NCBI RefSeq assembly: GCF_009834535.1
Contig: NC_045707.1
Location: 45,758,001 to 45,822,000, forward strand
DNA length: 64,000 bases
From: Camelus ferus
Lineage: Eukaryota
Reading direction: 5' to 3'
Numbering within the stretch: the stretch's first letter is position 1; every line of letters begins with the position of its first letter. Below are positions 25,775 to 37,470 of this stretch, piece after piece. The position numbers and the translations under genes were made by a program. The notes beneath the pieces were generated by a model. It did no database searches and was not told the DNA's origin. It was given only the letters and a program-made list of their open reading frames with translations.

Positions 25775-26500
25775 CTAAAAAAAGGGTCATGGGAACAAAG
25801 ATGAATACACATAAAGGAGAGAGCCATGAAAACACATGCTGTGGGGATGGTGGCATAGTTTGGGACAGCTACTAAGACCCAAGGGAAGAAGGGAATAGCA
25901 CTGAAGTGAAAGAGGTGCACTGAGATAGGTACTTTGGTCTTAATGATAAGTTAGACTTTACCTATAGACTGTGAGGAGTCACCAAAGGTTTTTATATATG
26001 GAAGTGAAACAATAAAAATCAGCACTTTAGAAAAATAACTGCCAACAGTGTGGAGGCTGTACTAGCAGGGAATGAGTGTAGCCAAGGAGCATGATTAGGA
26101 GGATATATAATAGTCCAGCTAAATAATGATAAAGGCTTGAACTAAGGTAGCAAAAATGGTAATGAGTAAGGATTAGATTTTAGAAACAAAAAAGGTAAGT
26201 CAATAAATCACTTAGCAACCAAATCAATGTGGGAGTGACAAGAAACTAAGATAATTTTGAGAGGGTGGTAATTTAGGAACAGAGAAAGAATATTTTGGTT
26301 TTTGTCTCAGAGATTCTGAGGAAAATAGCTCTGTTTTAGACATGTTGAATCCGAGTTTTCTGGATGCAGGCAGATAGAAATGTCTAACAAGCATCTGGAA
26401 CTCAGTGAAAGTGGAGAATGGACAAAAGTAGCCAATAAGGACAAGAAAGTAGATGAGATCACTCAGAGAAAACAGACCAAGCCAGGAAGACTGAATTTGA
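25720..26500 (-). mobile_element. LINE-2 3' fragment; its tail overlaps the VEZT alternative exon
   Basis: ttcactgagtgactactatatccaaggtact resembles the reverse-complement L2 tail; downstream ggagtcaccaaaggtttt...aatagtccag...ttttagacatgttga are L2 body motifs. Confidence 0.65.
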
Positions 26501-28236
26501 TGAAAGGAACGTTTAAGAATAATCAAAGAAAAAGAAACCAGAAAAATATTCAGAGAACTATTATTCATGGTGAGAATACCAATACAGACTACCCAACAAT
26601 TATTTAACAATCACATTTTTTTAAGTTAAAAAGGGTGATTAATACTAACGACTGTTTCATCATGAACTGATACAGAAAATTTGCTTTCCAAAAAAATAAC
26701 TGGTACTTCACAGCTTGAACAGAATTTGGGGGGCAATTCTAATATATCACTGAGAAGGAACAACAAAGTCTTTCTAAAATTTAGCTGCCCCGATTTTGAA
26801 AACCTCCATTTTAGAAAAATATGCTCGTACTTGAAATGTGTACTATGAAGACTAAATAAACTTTCCAAACATATGGTAATTTTGAAAAACACCCTCTTGC
26901 TAGCTTTTTATTGTTCCTCAATTTCTGAGAGGATGAATTTTAAACTCTCATTTTATTTATTTATAAATTAACAACATCTACAAGTAAAAACACCTGTCAT
27001 AAGAGGATTAAATACTTACAAAACCCAAGTTTGTGCACACAAACACACACACACACAAAGAGGTCAACATCCAGCTCCTGCCCCAGTATTATCACTTGGC
27101 TCATTCTTTGTCTTTTGTTGCCAAGTAATCTCAAATCTAAGTTTTAATCTATAAATAATCTTTTAGATATATCTTTAGGTTTTGCTTCCAAAACTTTTCC
27201 CAGGAACATTCTTATTTGAAAAGAGCAAGAAGAAAGGGTTTAAGTACAGACGACAAGGAAAACTAGTTCTGGTCCCTGCAAGCTCTCACTCCTCTAACTC
27301 CCATCTTGTGGGTGTTAGTTAAAAAACATTTCTCTGGTGTTTACTGTGCTGTTGCAATAGGGCCCAACTTGCCACATCACATTTTAGTTTTTTTCCTAAA
27401 GAGAACAGAAGGAAAGATCCTTACCTCTCTATCACACAGAATAAATGACTAATTGAAAACTCTGAAAGTCTCATTTTGTTATAATTGAGTCTTATAATAA
27501 AACATTGATTAAACTAGAATTCTCAAGAAATGAAGTAATCGGGTTATATTGTTTTCTGTTGAATTAGAATTCCTTTTCTAATTCCTGAAATGTACTATAA
27601 CATTTTCTTATTTTAGTAAATACAGCTAACAGAACATAAATGAATCCAGTGAATGCATTTTACAGAACATAATTAATGGTTATTTCTTCTAGTATTTCAG
27701 CCTCAAAATGCTGTCCATCAACTATGACATATCTACTGTATGAAATATATGATACCACAGATATAAAGGGCTTCAGAAACTAAGCTACATATTCCCACTC
27801 CATCATAGATCCTTGAAATTGTCTATGAAATATTAACTGGCTTTCTTATAATTTGTATTGTTGGAAAAAAAAATTTAAAGAAAAAGAATTCTAGTTAATA
27901 TAGGAGCCCTATAGTTAGATTCTCATTAAGCTTTTAGTTTATTTTTCTGGTTCCCTCCAGATAACTTACATATTTAAATATATAATATATTTCAATCCTC
28001 AATAACATTCATTTCAATTCATTATATGAATTACCCATGAGATAGCCCAAAATAACAATTATTCATGTTTATCTAAACAGTTTTGTACTACTGATGAAAT
28101 AAAAACATGTCTTACCAGTGTAGGGAAAGACATGGAGGTGCTAACAAGGTGTTTTTTTGCAAGGATAAGGGTAAATGCAGTTTAAAAAATCAGGAAACAA
28201 AAGATTGAGTCATGGAGAATGAGTGTGCCTTCTTAC

Positions 28237-28368
28237 CTTTGGCAGGGCTCTTGCGGGAGGCTGTTGTCCCTCTGTCACTGTGCATTTCTCTGGTTTTGGT
28301 GACAGAGAAGAACATATTTCAAAGTCTGTGTGTCCCAGATCCTGTAAGTACTGGTAAAGTGGAGAATT
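28237..28368 (-). CDS. VEZT: Vezatin exon 2 ([44 protein letters not shown])
   Basis: ctctttcag| acceptor, AAG|gtaaga donor; 132 nt, phase 0-0; translation matches vezatin. Confidence 0.96.
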
Positions 28369-28414
28369 CTGAAAGAGATATAAAATAAAGTAAATTTCAA
28401 GATCATTTGAAATT

Positions 28415-28633
28415 TACAGCTGACCAGTGAACAACATGGATCTGAATTGCAGGGGTACACCTTTATGCAGATTTAAAAAAAAATGTGTACTACAGCACTA
28501 AAGGGTGAAGGTTAGTTGAATTCCCAGAAGGGGAACTGAGAATAGGGAGGGCCGACTATAAGGTTATTTGTGGATTTTCAGCTGAGCAAGTGTTGGTGCC
28601 CCTAACCCTGGTATGTTTCAAGGATCCACGGTA
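28415..28633. mobile_element. Tigger2/MER8-like Tc1-mariner MITE
   Basis: TA-flanked element with decayed terminal inverted repeats cagctgaccagtgaacaaca ... tgtttcaaggatccacgg. Confidence 0.7.
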
Positions 28634-29149
28634 TTTCAAAAGTTTTAGAGGCCAAATTCAAATCATGACAAGTACGCTCAAATTCTAAATTTAAGGCTTC
28701 TTCTCTAAAGTACTGAATTGTCTGTCACAATGCCACTTAACGTTAAAAAAAAAAATCAACAAACAATTCAATAGAGTAACCAAAAAAAGAAAAAATTAAA
28801 TAAAACAAATATTTTTTGATGGGTACCAGACAGAAAAAGTGAATTTAAGAATATAAATAGACTTGTTAAGCAATTTGTCAAGATTTTGCTGGAATAGATC
28901 AAAATAGCCAATCCTGGCTAAATGTAACTCAGAAGAGGACCTACAGTGACAAACAGTTATCACTTGAAGCCAAGAAGAATTAGCAATGATCATACTGTAT
29001 CAATTATAATTTTACCATACTATCATATTGATTAATTAATTCAAGGACAAATATGTATTGTTTATCATATGCCAGTACTGTAAACAAACTTAAAACACCA
29101 ATAAAGTGACCTAAAATAAACTTACATATAAGCATATGGCAAATAAGAG

Positions 29150-29380
29150 ACAGTTTAGATAGGTTAAGAACACAGACTCTGGAGCCAGGCTATGGGTTCA
29201 AATACCAACTCTGCTTCTTACTATCTTGGTAACCCATGGCAATGTATAATCTTTCTATGCTTCAGCTATCTCATCTAAAAATAGGAAAAATAAACATCAC
29301 CTAGTTCATAGGGTTCTTATGAGAACTAAATCAATATAAAACATCTGGAACGGTCCCTGGCACACAGTAAGCACTCAATT
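29150..29380 (+). mobile_element. MIR SINE
   Basis: ggttaagaacacagactctggagccagg...ggttcaaat...tcatctaaaaatagg...cctggcacacagtaagcactcaat. Confidence 0.8.
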
Positions 29381-30564
29381 TATACTTCAACTTTATATAA
29401 GCCATGTGGAAAGAGCACAGGTTTTGGAATAGACCAAAACAAAACAAAAACACACACACACAGAAAAGCAAAATACCAAAATTACCCTAACTATCAAACA
29501 GAAATATTATCATCACTATTGGATGTAACTCCATGGGACAACTCTTTCTGGATAAAAGCAAATTTTATTTTACCTTTTAATCTTCTCTAAAGCACAAAAT
29601 TGGTAACATGTATAAAATAAACCTTGATTCCATTCAAGCAGATATTTAATACTTAAAAAAGACCTAAGTCAGACATTAGAAATACAATAACAACCAACAC
29701 CAAAACAACAACGGCCACACAGATGATATAGTGCTACGTGGCAAAAGCTCAACTAAGCATTTTACACACATCACCTAATTTAAGGTTCACAACAAACTCT
29801 AGAAGTATTATTATTACCATCCTCATTACTATTGTTATTCCCATTTCATAGATGAGGAAACATTCACTCAGTTAGGTAAAGCAGGATAGGTCTGACTCCA
29901 AAGCCAATGCTGAAATATGCTGTATTACCTAAAATTACAGTCCCTCCTGTGTCTAGAGAGGAAGACACTAAAGAAGCTTATAATATGGATTAGTACAGAG
30001 ACACGAAGCAAATTAACAATTACAGGAATGCATTGGTTGCTAACAGGAGAGGCAATAATTTTAGGGAATATATCTGAGTTTGGAAAAACGAGTTAAAGTG
30101 GGGATTTGCTGAACTGGCAGCAATTTACTGGCTATCAATTTAAGAGAACAGGAAGATGAGTCAAATGCCTTCCTTTTAAGCTATGTTTAATCTCTCCTTT
30201 GAGAAAAATATGCAAAAAATTAAAAAATTAAGGAGGAAAAACATGTTTCTTACCCTATCATCAGACTTAAAATCTCTGGTGGCACAAATGGTTAATTTTT
30301 TACACTCATAATGTACCTTCAAATATTACGTTCAATTACTCAATCTGTATTTTCAAACTGAACTGTGAACCCCACCCTGCTCTGGCCCCAGAGTGGCAAA
30401 AGAACAAGAATGCTAGCTCTTTTGGGCTGACCTTTTGAAAAGTTTACATACTTTAAAAACAAAACAAAACAAAACTTGTTTTTAAGGCAATAGAACCCTT
30501 TCTTCAAATGAACTCCCATGGGGAAGAATAATAAATAAGATGGATCAAAGTGGAGTTACTCTAA

Positions 30565-30890
30565 TTCAGCTTTTTCTGTAGAAGGCCAGATAGCAAACAT
30601 TTCAGGCTTTGTAGGCCATATGGTCTCTGTCGCAACTGATCACCTCTGCTGTTGTAGTGTGAAAGCAGCTACAGACAAGACAAAGACCAATGAATGTGGT
30701 TATGTTCCAATAAAACCTTATTTATGGAAATACTGAACTTCTTATAGTTTTCACATGTCACAAAATACCATTCTTTTGATATATTCACCAACCATTTAAA
30801 AAAGTAAAAACCATTCTTCTTTCACCAGCTGTATAAAAATAGGCACAGTACAAATCTGTTCCAACTGCCTTACGTTTGTTGACTCGACTC
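30565..30890. mobile_element. MER58B-like hAT MITE
   Basis: ttttctgtagaaggccagatag...ggctttgtaggccatatggtctctgtcgcaact...gttccaataaaacc. Confidence 0.8.
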
Positions 30891-32232
30891 AGTTTAAGAT
30901 CATGAGGCACACTCTTGACTGCTAACTGTTCTCTGGAAGAGGCTTGCAGGGTGGGGATGGGGCCAAACTTCTTTTTTATTCAAATTGTAATGCCCTTTCT
31001 TACAGCACACTTAGCCGACACCATGTGAGCACTGACCCCAATGTCCCTTCCTTTTCCAGTCTGTCACAGCTCACAAAATAACAAAATGGAATATCTGTAA
31101 CAGATTTTTTTAAGTGATTAAACAGAAGAGATACAATGAATACTTTGTTCTCCCTATACGTTCTCCACATCAACTAAAAGCATACACACTCAGTTTGGAT
31201 CACTATAATCTGGAACACATGTTATTTCACAAAATAGCAGCATTAATTGTTTACCTTGTATACTACTGATAATGTCCAACAGTGTCATTTGATACAGTAA
31301 TTCTACCTGTAGCTTACTCTGCCTTTTTTCCAAACATAAATTAATATATTATTTTAGTAATGTACTGGAGCTAAATGACTAAAGCTTTAGAAGTGCACAG
31401 AAACCACCATAATTAGTATGACATTTTGAAGTGAATTAAATATTTTTGAACATAAAAAAACCCTAAACAAATAAACAAAAAAAAACCCTTCTCATTAACT
31501 TTTTGGCTAGTTTCACAAACTTCTGGTCAAAGGTGAGGCATATCCATTTGTGCTATACATCTATGAATGATGCCTTAGCAGTTCTGGTTTCGTCCCCATC
31601 TTTAGTAACAGAATTTATTACTTTCAGCCTAGAAAGCACTGTTTAACAGTTCTGGAAAATTCTGTCTTGCCAAGGCCATCACTGTGCTTTGTTTCATGAC
31701 TTTATGTAACTATTCAGCAACATTTCAGACTAGACCACCTTTGGAGACTGCAGATGAAGGTACTACAGGTCCAGTAAAATGTTAATTCTAGTTATCATCA
31801 TATTTCATGTTTGCACTTTTCTTTTTTTGGCTGTTAATGCAAATCATGTCACTTTTTAACATACAAACTCAGACTATATTAACACTAAAGCTCTATTCAT
31901 TATGTTTATGTTAGTATTCTGAGTTGTAGCATTTATTTCTCCTTTTATAATTCAATCACCTTTGAACCAAAAGAAAATTTAAAATTTAACTAATGATAAC
32001 ACACAAATGAAAAACAACCGTCCCTTGGTTAACAAACTGAACATTAGCCAAGATGAACTAACCAAGATTGACCTTGTAGAACATGAGCAATTTTTAAGAA
32101 TGCAAAGGAATTTTTAGTAGTTATTTTACATTATTTAAAAAAATGTTTGGAGGATAAAATTATCACTTTTTCTGTGAAACTGCCAAATAACCTGTGTACT
32201 ATTTGAAAGATCTTAGAAAACCAAATCATGTC

Positions 32233-32800
32233 CAGTGGTTCTCAAATTTTTTGGGTCTCAAGACCCCTTTATGGTCTTAAAAATTATTGAAAGTCCCAAA
32301 GAGCTTTTGTTTATGTGCATGTCTAATGATATTCATATCAGAAATTAAAGTAAAAAAAATTAAAATATTAACTTACTTAAAATAACAACAGACTTACTAT
32401 AATATTAATGTAAATGACATATTTTCAGTGAAAGAAAATTTTCCACAATGAAAGAAATGTATTGAAAAGAGTGAATTGTTTTACATTTTTGCCAATTTCT
32501 TAATGTCTGGCTTAACAGGAGGTTGCTGGATTCTTATATCTGCTACTGCATCGAATCTGTTGCAATTATTGTTTTGTATGAAGTATATATAAAGAAAATC
32601 AGGCCTTAAACAGATATGTAGTTGGAAAGGGAGGAGTATTTTAATACTTTTTTCAGAGAATTCTATTACGAAAGAATAGCCATATTAAATTCAACAAGTG
32701 ATAATTTCAAAAGGTTAATTTTAAAGTGCAGTATGAGACCATATTGTGAGTTTTGCACATTTTGTATATGAATGATAGATGAGAATGAAAGAGGCAAATA
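32233..32800. mobile_element. Charlie1-like hAT transposon fragment
   Basis: cagtggttctcaaa...ggtctcaagacccctt...ttaaaaattattga...cccaaagagcttttgtttatgtg terminus. Confidence 0.75.
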
Positions 32801-34079
32801 GTGTCTGATCACCCGATATAAATTTTTTTTTTTAACAGCAAGGTGAGGCTCCCTATTGCAACAGCCTTAACCACTATATACAGAGGTTTTGAGCAGTTAG
32901 GCTTAAAAATTAATAACAGAAATTTCTATGTTTCATATAATGAGTAGTATTATAGTTTGACAGTTTTAGAAAGGGATTGTTTTTTATGGAGCGTAAGGTA
33001 GAGTAGGTGGTGATAAGTAATTTTCTCTATTACAACATTTTCCCCCAGTTCAAGCAAAATAGAACCACGAAGTTTTCAGGTAAGTTGTTTTCTTGAAGAG
33101 AAATTATTAGCACTGGACTCAAACTATAATTTTGTAGTACTGCAGAATATTACTGCTGCCAAAAGAAATATGAGAAACCCCAGACACAGCATGTGGGAGC
33201 TTCTCCTCAGGAAATCCTTGTGGTTCACTATTCCTGTAAATTTTAGCAGACAGAAAATACACACCATAGCACCAGAAAGAGTTTTGCTAAATGAAAAAAT
33301 GCCATAAGTTTTTGGTTGTGCTAAGACTATTCTGATGGCTGAAACATAATTTTATAAGAAAAATAAGCAAAACTAGACAAAAATCCCAATATTTTTGCTG
33401 AACAAGCACTGTTAAAAAAAAACAACTACATATCAGATCCCACACTAATGGATACATAAAGTCTGAACCAGTCACTTAATGCATTGTTTATTTTCTGCAT
33501 GATTTATGGTGCATTCTGTAGAAGTGCCAGTATCATTACTGCTGGTTTGCATTTAAAAAGTAAGATAGGCTAGTGCAGAAATGGAGTTGGGGGTAAAATG
33601 CTCTTATTATTAGGTTCTCTCTTCTAAACTGCTTTAAACGCTTATAGACAGAGCAAGTCCAGGTTCTAGTTCAGAGAGGGAAGAATAGGCCAAATCTGGC
33701 AGAATTAGGCAACTCATTCAATAATAAATACTAATTAAACATCCTCTTTGTGGCAGGCAATATCTAGGCACAGAGGAGAAATCAAAACAGGTGAGGTCTT
33801 TGCTAAAAGTTTCATACTATGATACATCTGAGAAAACCATGGTACACCCAGCTTTCAACAGTCAATAGTACCTAGGAAAATACTAAGTGACCTGATATTT
33901 TCCAAGTAAGCTGCTACATTTCAGGAAAATCTCTCTTGGTCTCAGCTTCCTTAAGTACGAGATAAGAATGATACGGGGGTTCTTAAACTTGTGCAGGTGG
34001 TAAAAACAAAACTCACGATGTTTGTTGGGAAACAAGATAAAAAAGCAGTATGTTAAAATACAGAATTTCGTACCTACTC

Positions 34080-34620
34080 AAATGCTATCTTAGCCTACAC
34101 AACCAGCCAAATCCAGAATATGGAAGTTCAACAGATCAAATTACACAGTTTCTTCAACAAATAAATGGTATAATAAGGGTGGAGGAGGTGGGGAAAACTG
34201 CTAAAGACTAAAGGGACATATCACCCAAATGTGATGTATGGACTTTGTTAGGATCCTGGTTTGAACAATTGTAAGAAGACATTTTTGAGATACTCAAGGA
34301 AATCCAAACACAGACTAAGTATTATATCAGGGAAATATTATTAATGTTACTAGATAATTGTATTGGAGTTAGCTTTTAAAAAAAAAAAAAAGATAAAGTA
34401 CTTACCTATTAGAGATGCATATTGAAGCATTACAGGTGAAATTAGGTAATATCTGCAATTAGCTATGAAATACTCCAAGAAGAAAGGTAGGGGTGGGAGA
34501 GGAACAGAGGAGACAGTTTGACAAAATGTTAACAGCTGCTCAAGCTGAAGCTGGGTGATGGGTACATGGAAATTTCATTGTATTACTCTCTCTTTTTATG
34601 TATATAAAAGGCTAAAAGAA
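34080..34620 (+). mobile_element. Old L1 (L1MC/ME-like) 3' fragment
   Basis: cccaaatgtgatgtatggacttt...ttagagatgcatattgaag...gctgggtgatgggtacatgg...ttcattgtattact. Confidence 0.7.
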
Positions 34621-35274
34621 ATCAGATGCTAGATTTTCTTAGAGTCTGGTATAAAAGATTTAAGCAAATACTACAACAGAAAAATGTAAAATTGGAAAAA
34701 TTTAACTTATTATTATTTTACTCTGGGAAAAAGGTAAGTTTATTAAACTTTAGAACACTCAAGTCTTTACAAACTTCTGTAAAATGGTAGTGGTACTTTT
34801 AATACCTATGACAAAATATGACAAAAAGCAAATGTTAACTTAGTAACATCTTTAAATGAACTTGTGAGTTAATCACATAAGCATCAACTAGTATAACCTG
34901 TTACACGATATTTAGTGAATTTATTAAAAATATTCAGATAACACTGGACAAATATTTGGATTTGCAAACTTCCTGGAACAATGCCCAAGCCACTCAATAC
35001 TTCCACGAAAAACAACAAATGTCAGAGGTACCCTCTAGCAACAAGATTTCAAGTTACCAGTCTTGGCGGAGGTACAAATAAATGGCTAATTTCCTGTCAA
35101 AGTCAATTACTTATATTTACTTTCCAAAAACTAATATGAAGTTTGTGGAATAAATAATGCTCAAATATGTGATTTTTAGAGCCATATTTAGACATGTTTT
35201 TAATCTGGGAAAAAAGTAAGTTTATTCAACTTAGAAAAACAAAAACCAAAAACAACCAGTATGTTCCTATACAG

Positions 35275-35497
35275 CAGTAGTTCTCAAAGTAGAGTTTTGC
35301 CCCCACCCCCCAACTCCGACATTTGGCAATATCTGAAGACATTTTTGGTGGTTGTAACTAAGGAGGGGAGGAGTGTTACTGGCATCTAGTGAGTAGAGGT
35401 CAGGGATGCTATTCAATATCCTACAACGCATAGGATGAGTCCCACAAAGAGTTATCCAATTCAAACTGTCAACAGTGCTGAGGTTTGAGAGACCCTG
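35275..35497. mobile_element. MER20 hAT MITE
   Basis: cagtagttctcaaa...gacatttggcaatatctgaagacattttt...ttactggcatctagtgagtagagg...gtgctgaggtttgagagaccctg; near full length. Confidence 0.88.
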
Positions 35498-37059
35498 TTT
35501 CAGGGTATAAGGAATCACAGATTGAAAAAATTCACAAAAAATAAGTAGCCCAGCAGTGGGGTCTCAACATAAGAAACAAATCATATATCTGACTAACTGG
35601 GACACACTAACTAGGAAAGTTAGACATCTAAATAAGTTTAGCATCTTCCACAAATGGCATCTTACTAGGTAGGAAGTGGTTCCTTTGGCTACTGGCACAC
35701 CTCCATCAATGCTATAGGCCCTGACAAGCAATCACCTGCATCAGGCTGAGAAACAGCCAGCAGACTCCTAGATGCTCTTTTTGCACTAATCCTGATGTAC
35801 CCTCTGGGCACCCTGCTTCTCTTTCCCAGAAAAGCTGCTCTCAGAAGAGCTGCATATCCTTTAAGAAAAGCAATTTGTAGTCTGCAAGAACTACTGGTCA
35901 AATTCTGATTCTGGTTCCTCACCAACTATTTGCTCTGTCTTCTAGATGTCAATGATTAAGTGCTAACAGCATTCCCTGGAAAAATCTAGAAAAAGAGAAG
36001 TTCAAATGGCAATCATCATTTGTTTATCTATCATGAACCAAGTATTTTTTTGAGCATCTACTATATGTCAGGCACTAGAGTTACAGTAGTATTCTACCAT
36101 TAACTTCTCTCTCGGGATATGCAAGAAAAAGTTAACTTAGTTTTACCCATAAAAAGAAACTAAGTTCAATTGCTCAACTTCATGGGACTTTTTTTTTTAA
36201 TGCTTTGCTATTTTTTAACTAAGAATTCCAACAGTACAAAAAGATATAAAATACAAAAGCCCTTCTTTTTCTACCTTGATTTCTACTCCTTCTCCAAAAA
36301 TGTAATAAACATTCTTTAGTTTGTGAATTCTTGCCCCCAAATTTAGTATCCATTTATGATTGAAAGTGGTTGGCAATGGAGGGGCCAAGATCACTCTTAG
36401 ATTTCTGGTTTGAACAATTAGATGGTACCATTTACTGAAATATAAAATAGTGGCAAAGGAACCAGTCTGAAGAGGGAAGCAATGAGTTAGAGGTGCCTGT
36501 GAGATATTCAAATGTGAGTAACTTGGACCTAAAATATTTGGAGATTAGGAAGGTGGCCTAGTCTGAATGTACAGATTTAAGTTTTTAGCAAATAGATATG
36601 GTGGCAAACCTATAAGGTAGCATATAGGTGTGGAAACATATGAAGTAGATGAGATCAGCTAGAGAAAATACATGGTGTTAGAAGAGGGCCCTAAGAGAGA
36701 TAAATATTTTAGAAAAAGGTAAAGCCAAAGCTGGAAAATAATAAGAGTAATAGTAAAAATAGTTAAGATTTGTTGAGTTGCTTATATAGGCATTAAGTTA
36801 AGCGTATTTTATAATACTTCCTTTACTCCTAACAACAAACTTAAGAGGTATTATTATTACTAGTCCCATTTTAAAAGAAAATTGGGGTATACGGAGGATA
36901 AGTAACTCATCCAAGGTCACCCAGCAGAATGTGAACCTAGCTGGTCTGAGTCCAAAGCCCACGCTTAACTGTAACAGAAAATTGCCGAAGAGAAAAGGAG
37001 ATCTGAAAGGAACAAGTAAGACTTCTCTCTCAAGTTTGTCTTACTATTTTAAAATATAG

Positions 37060-37470
37060 GTCTTACCTGAACTCACAGGTTTGGTGAGGCCAATAGATCA
37101 GGAGACAACTGCCGTTGGAAAGATAGTTTGTTACAATCACAGATCCCAAGAGAAGGGAGTAGGCCATGCCTCGGGGAGGGCACATAGGACAGCACCAGGG
37201 TCAGTCAGGTGGGAGAGGAGGGGAATGGGCAAGAAAAGGTAAAGAGGCTTAAGACTGTCTAGATGGATGATTTCAGCAGGCTCTGGAGCACAGGGGCTGC
37301 CCCTGGTAGGGTCTGGTACCTGACCCTGGGATAATTAGGCAGGTAGATAGTAGCCAAGTGAGTAGTTTACTATCTCTTAGAAATCTGAGAGGGGCAATCC
37401 CTCTAGGATCAGCTAGGCCCCAGGTTGTTAAATGCATCAGAATACAGAAAGTAAGAAATGGCTAATATAC
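37060..37470. mobile_element. ERV LTR fragment (MER21/MER77-like)
   Basis: actcacaggtttggtgaggccaatagatcaggagacaactgcc...aagatagtttgttac...cacagatcccaagaga; family assignment from memory. Confidence 0.55.

Noticed and set aside
35058..35093. 36-nt in-frame minus-strand exon-like segment (EISHLFVPPPRL)
   Set aside because: The acceptor lacks a real polypyrimidine tract; compatible with chance in a 19-kb intron.
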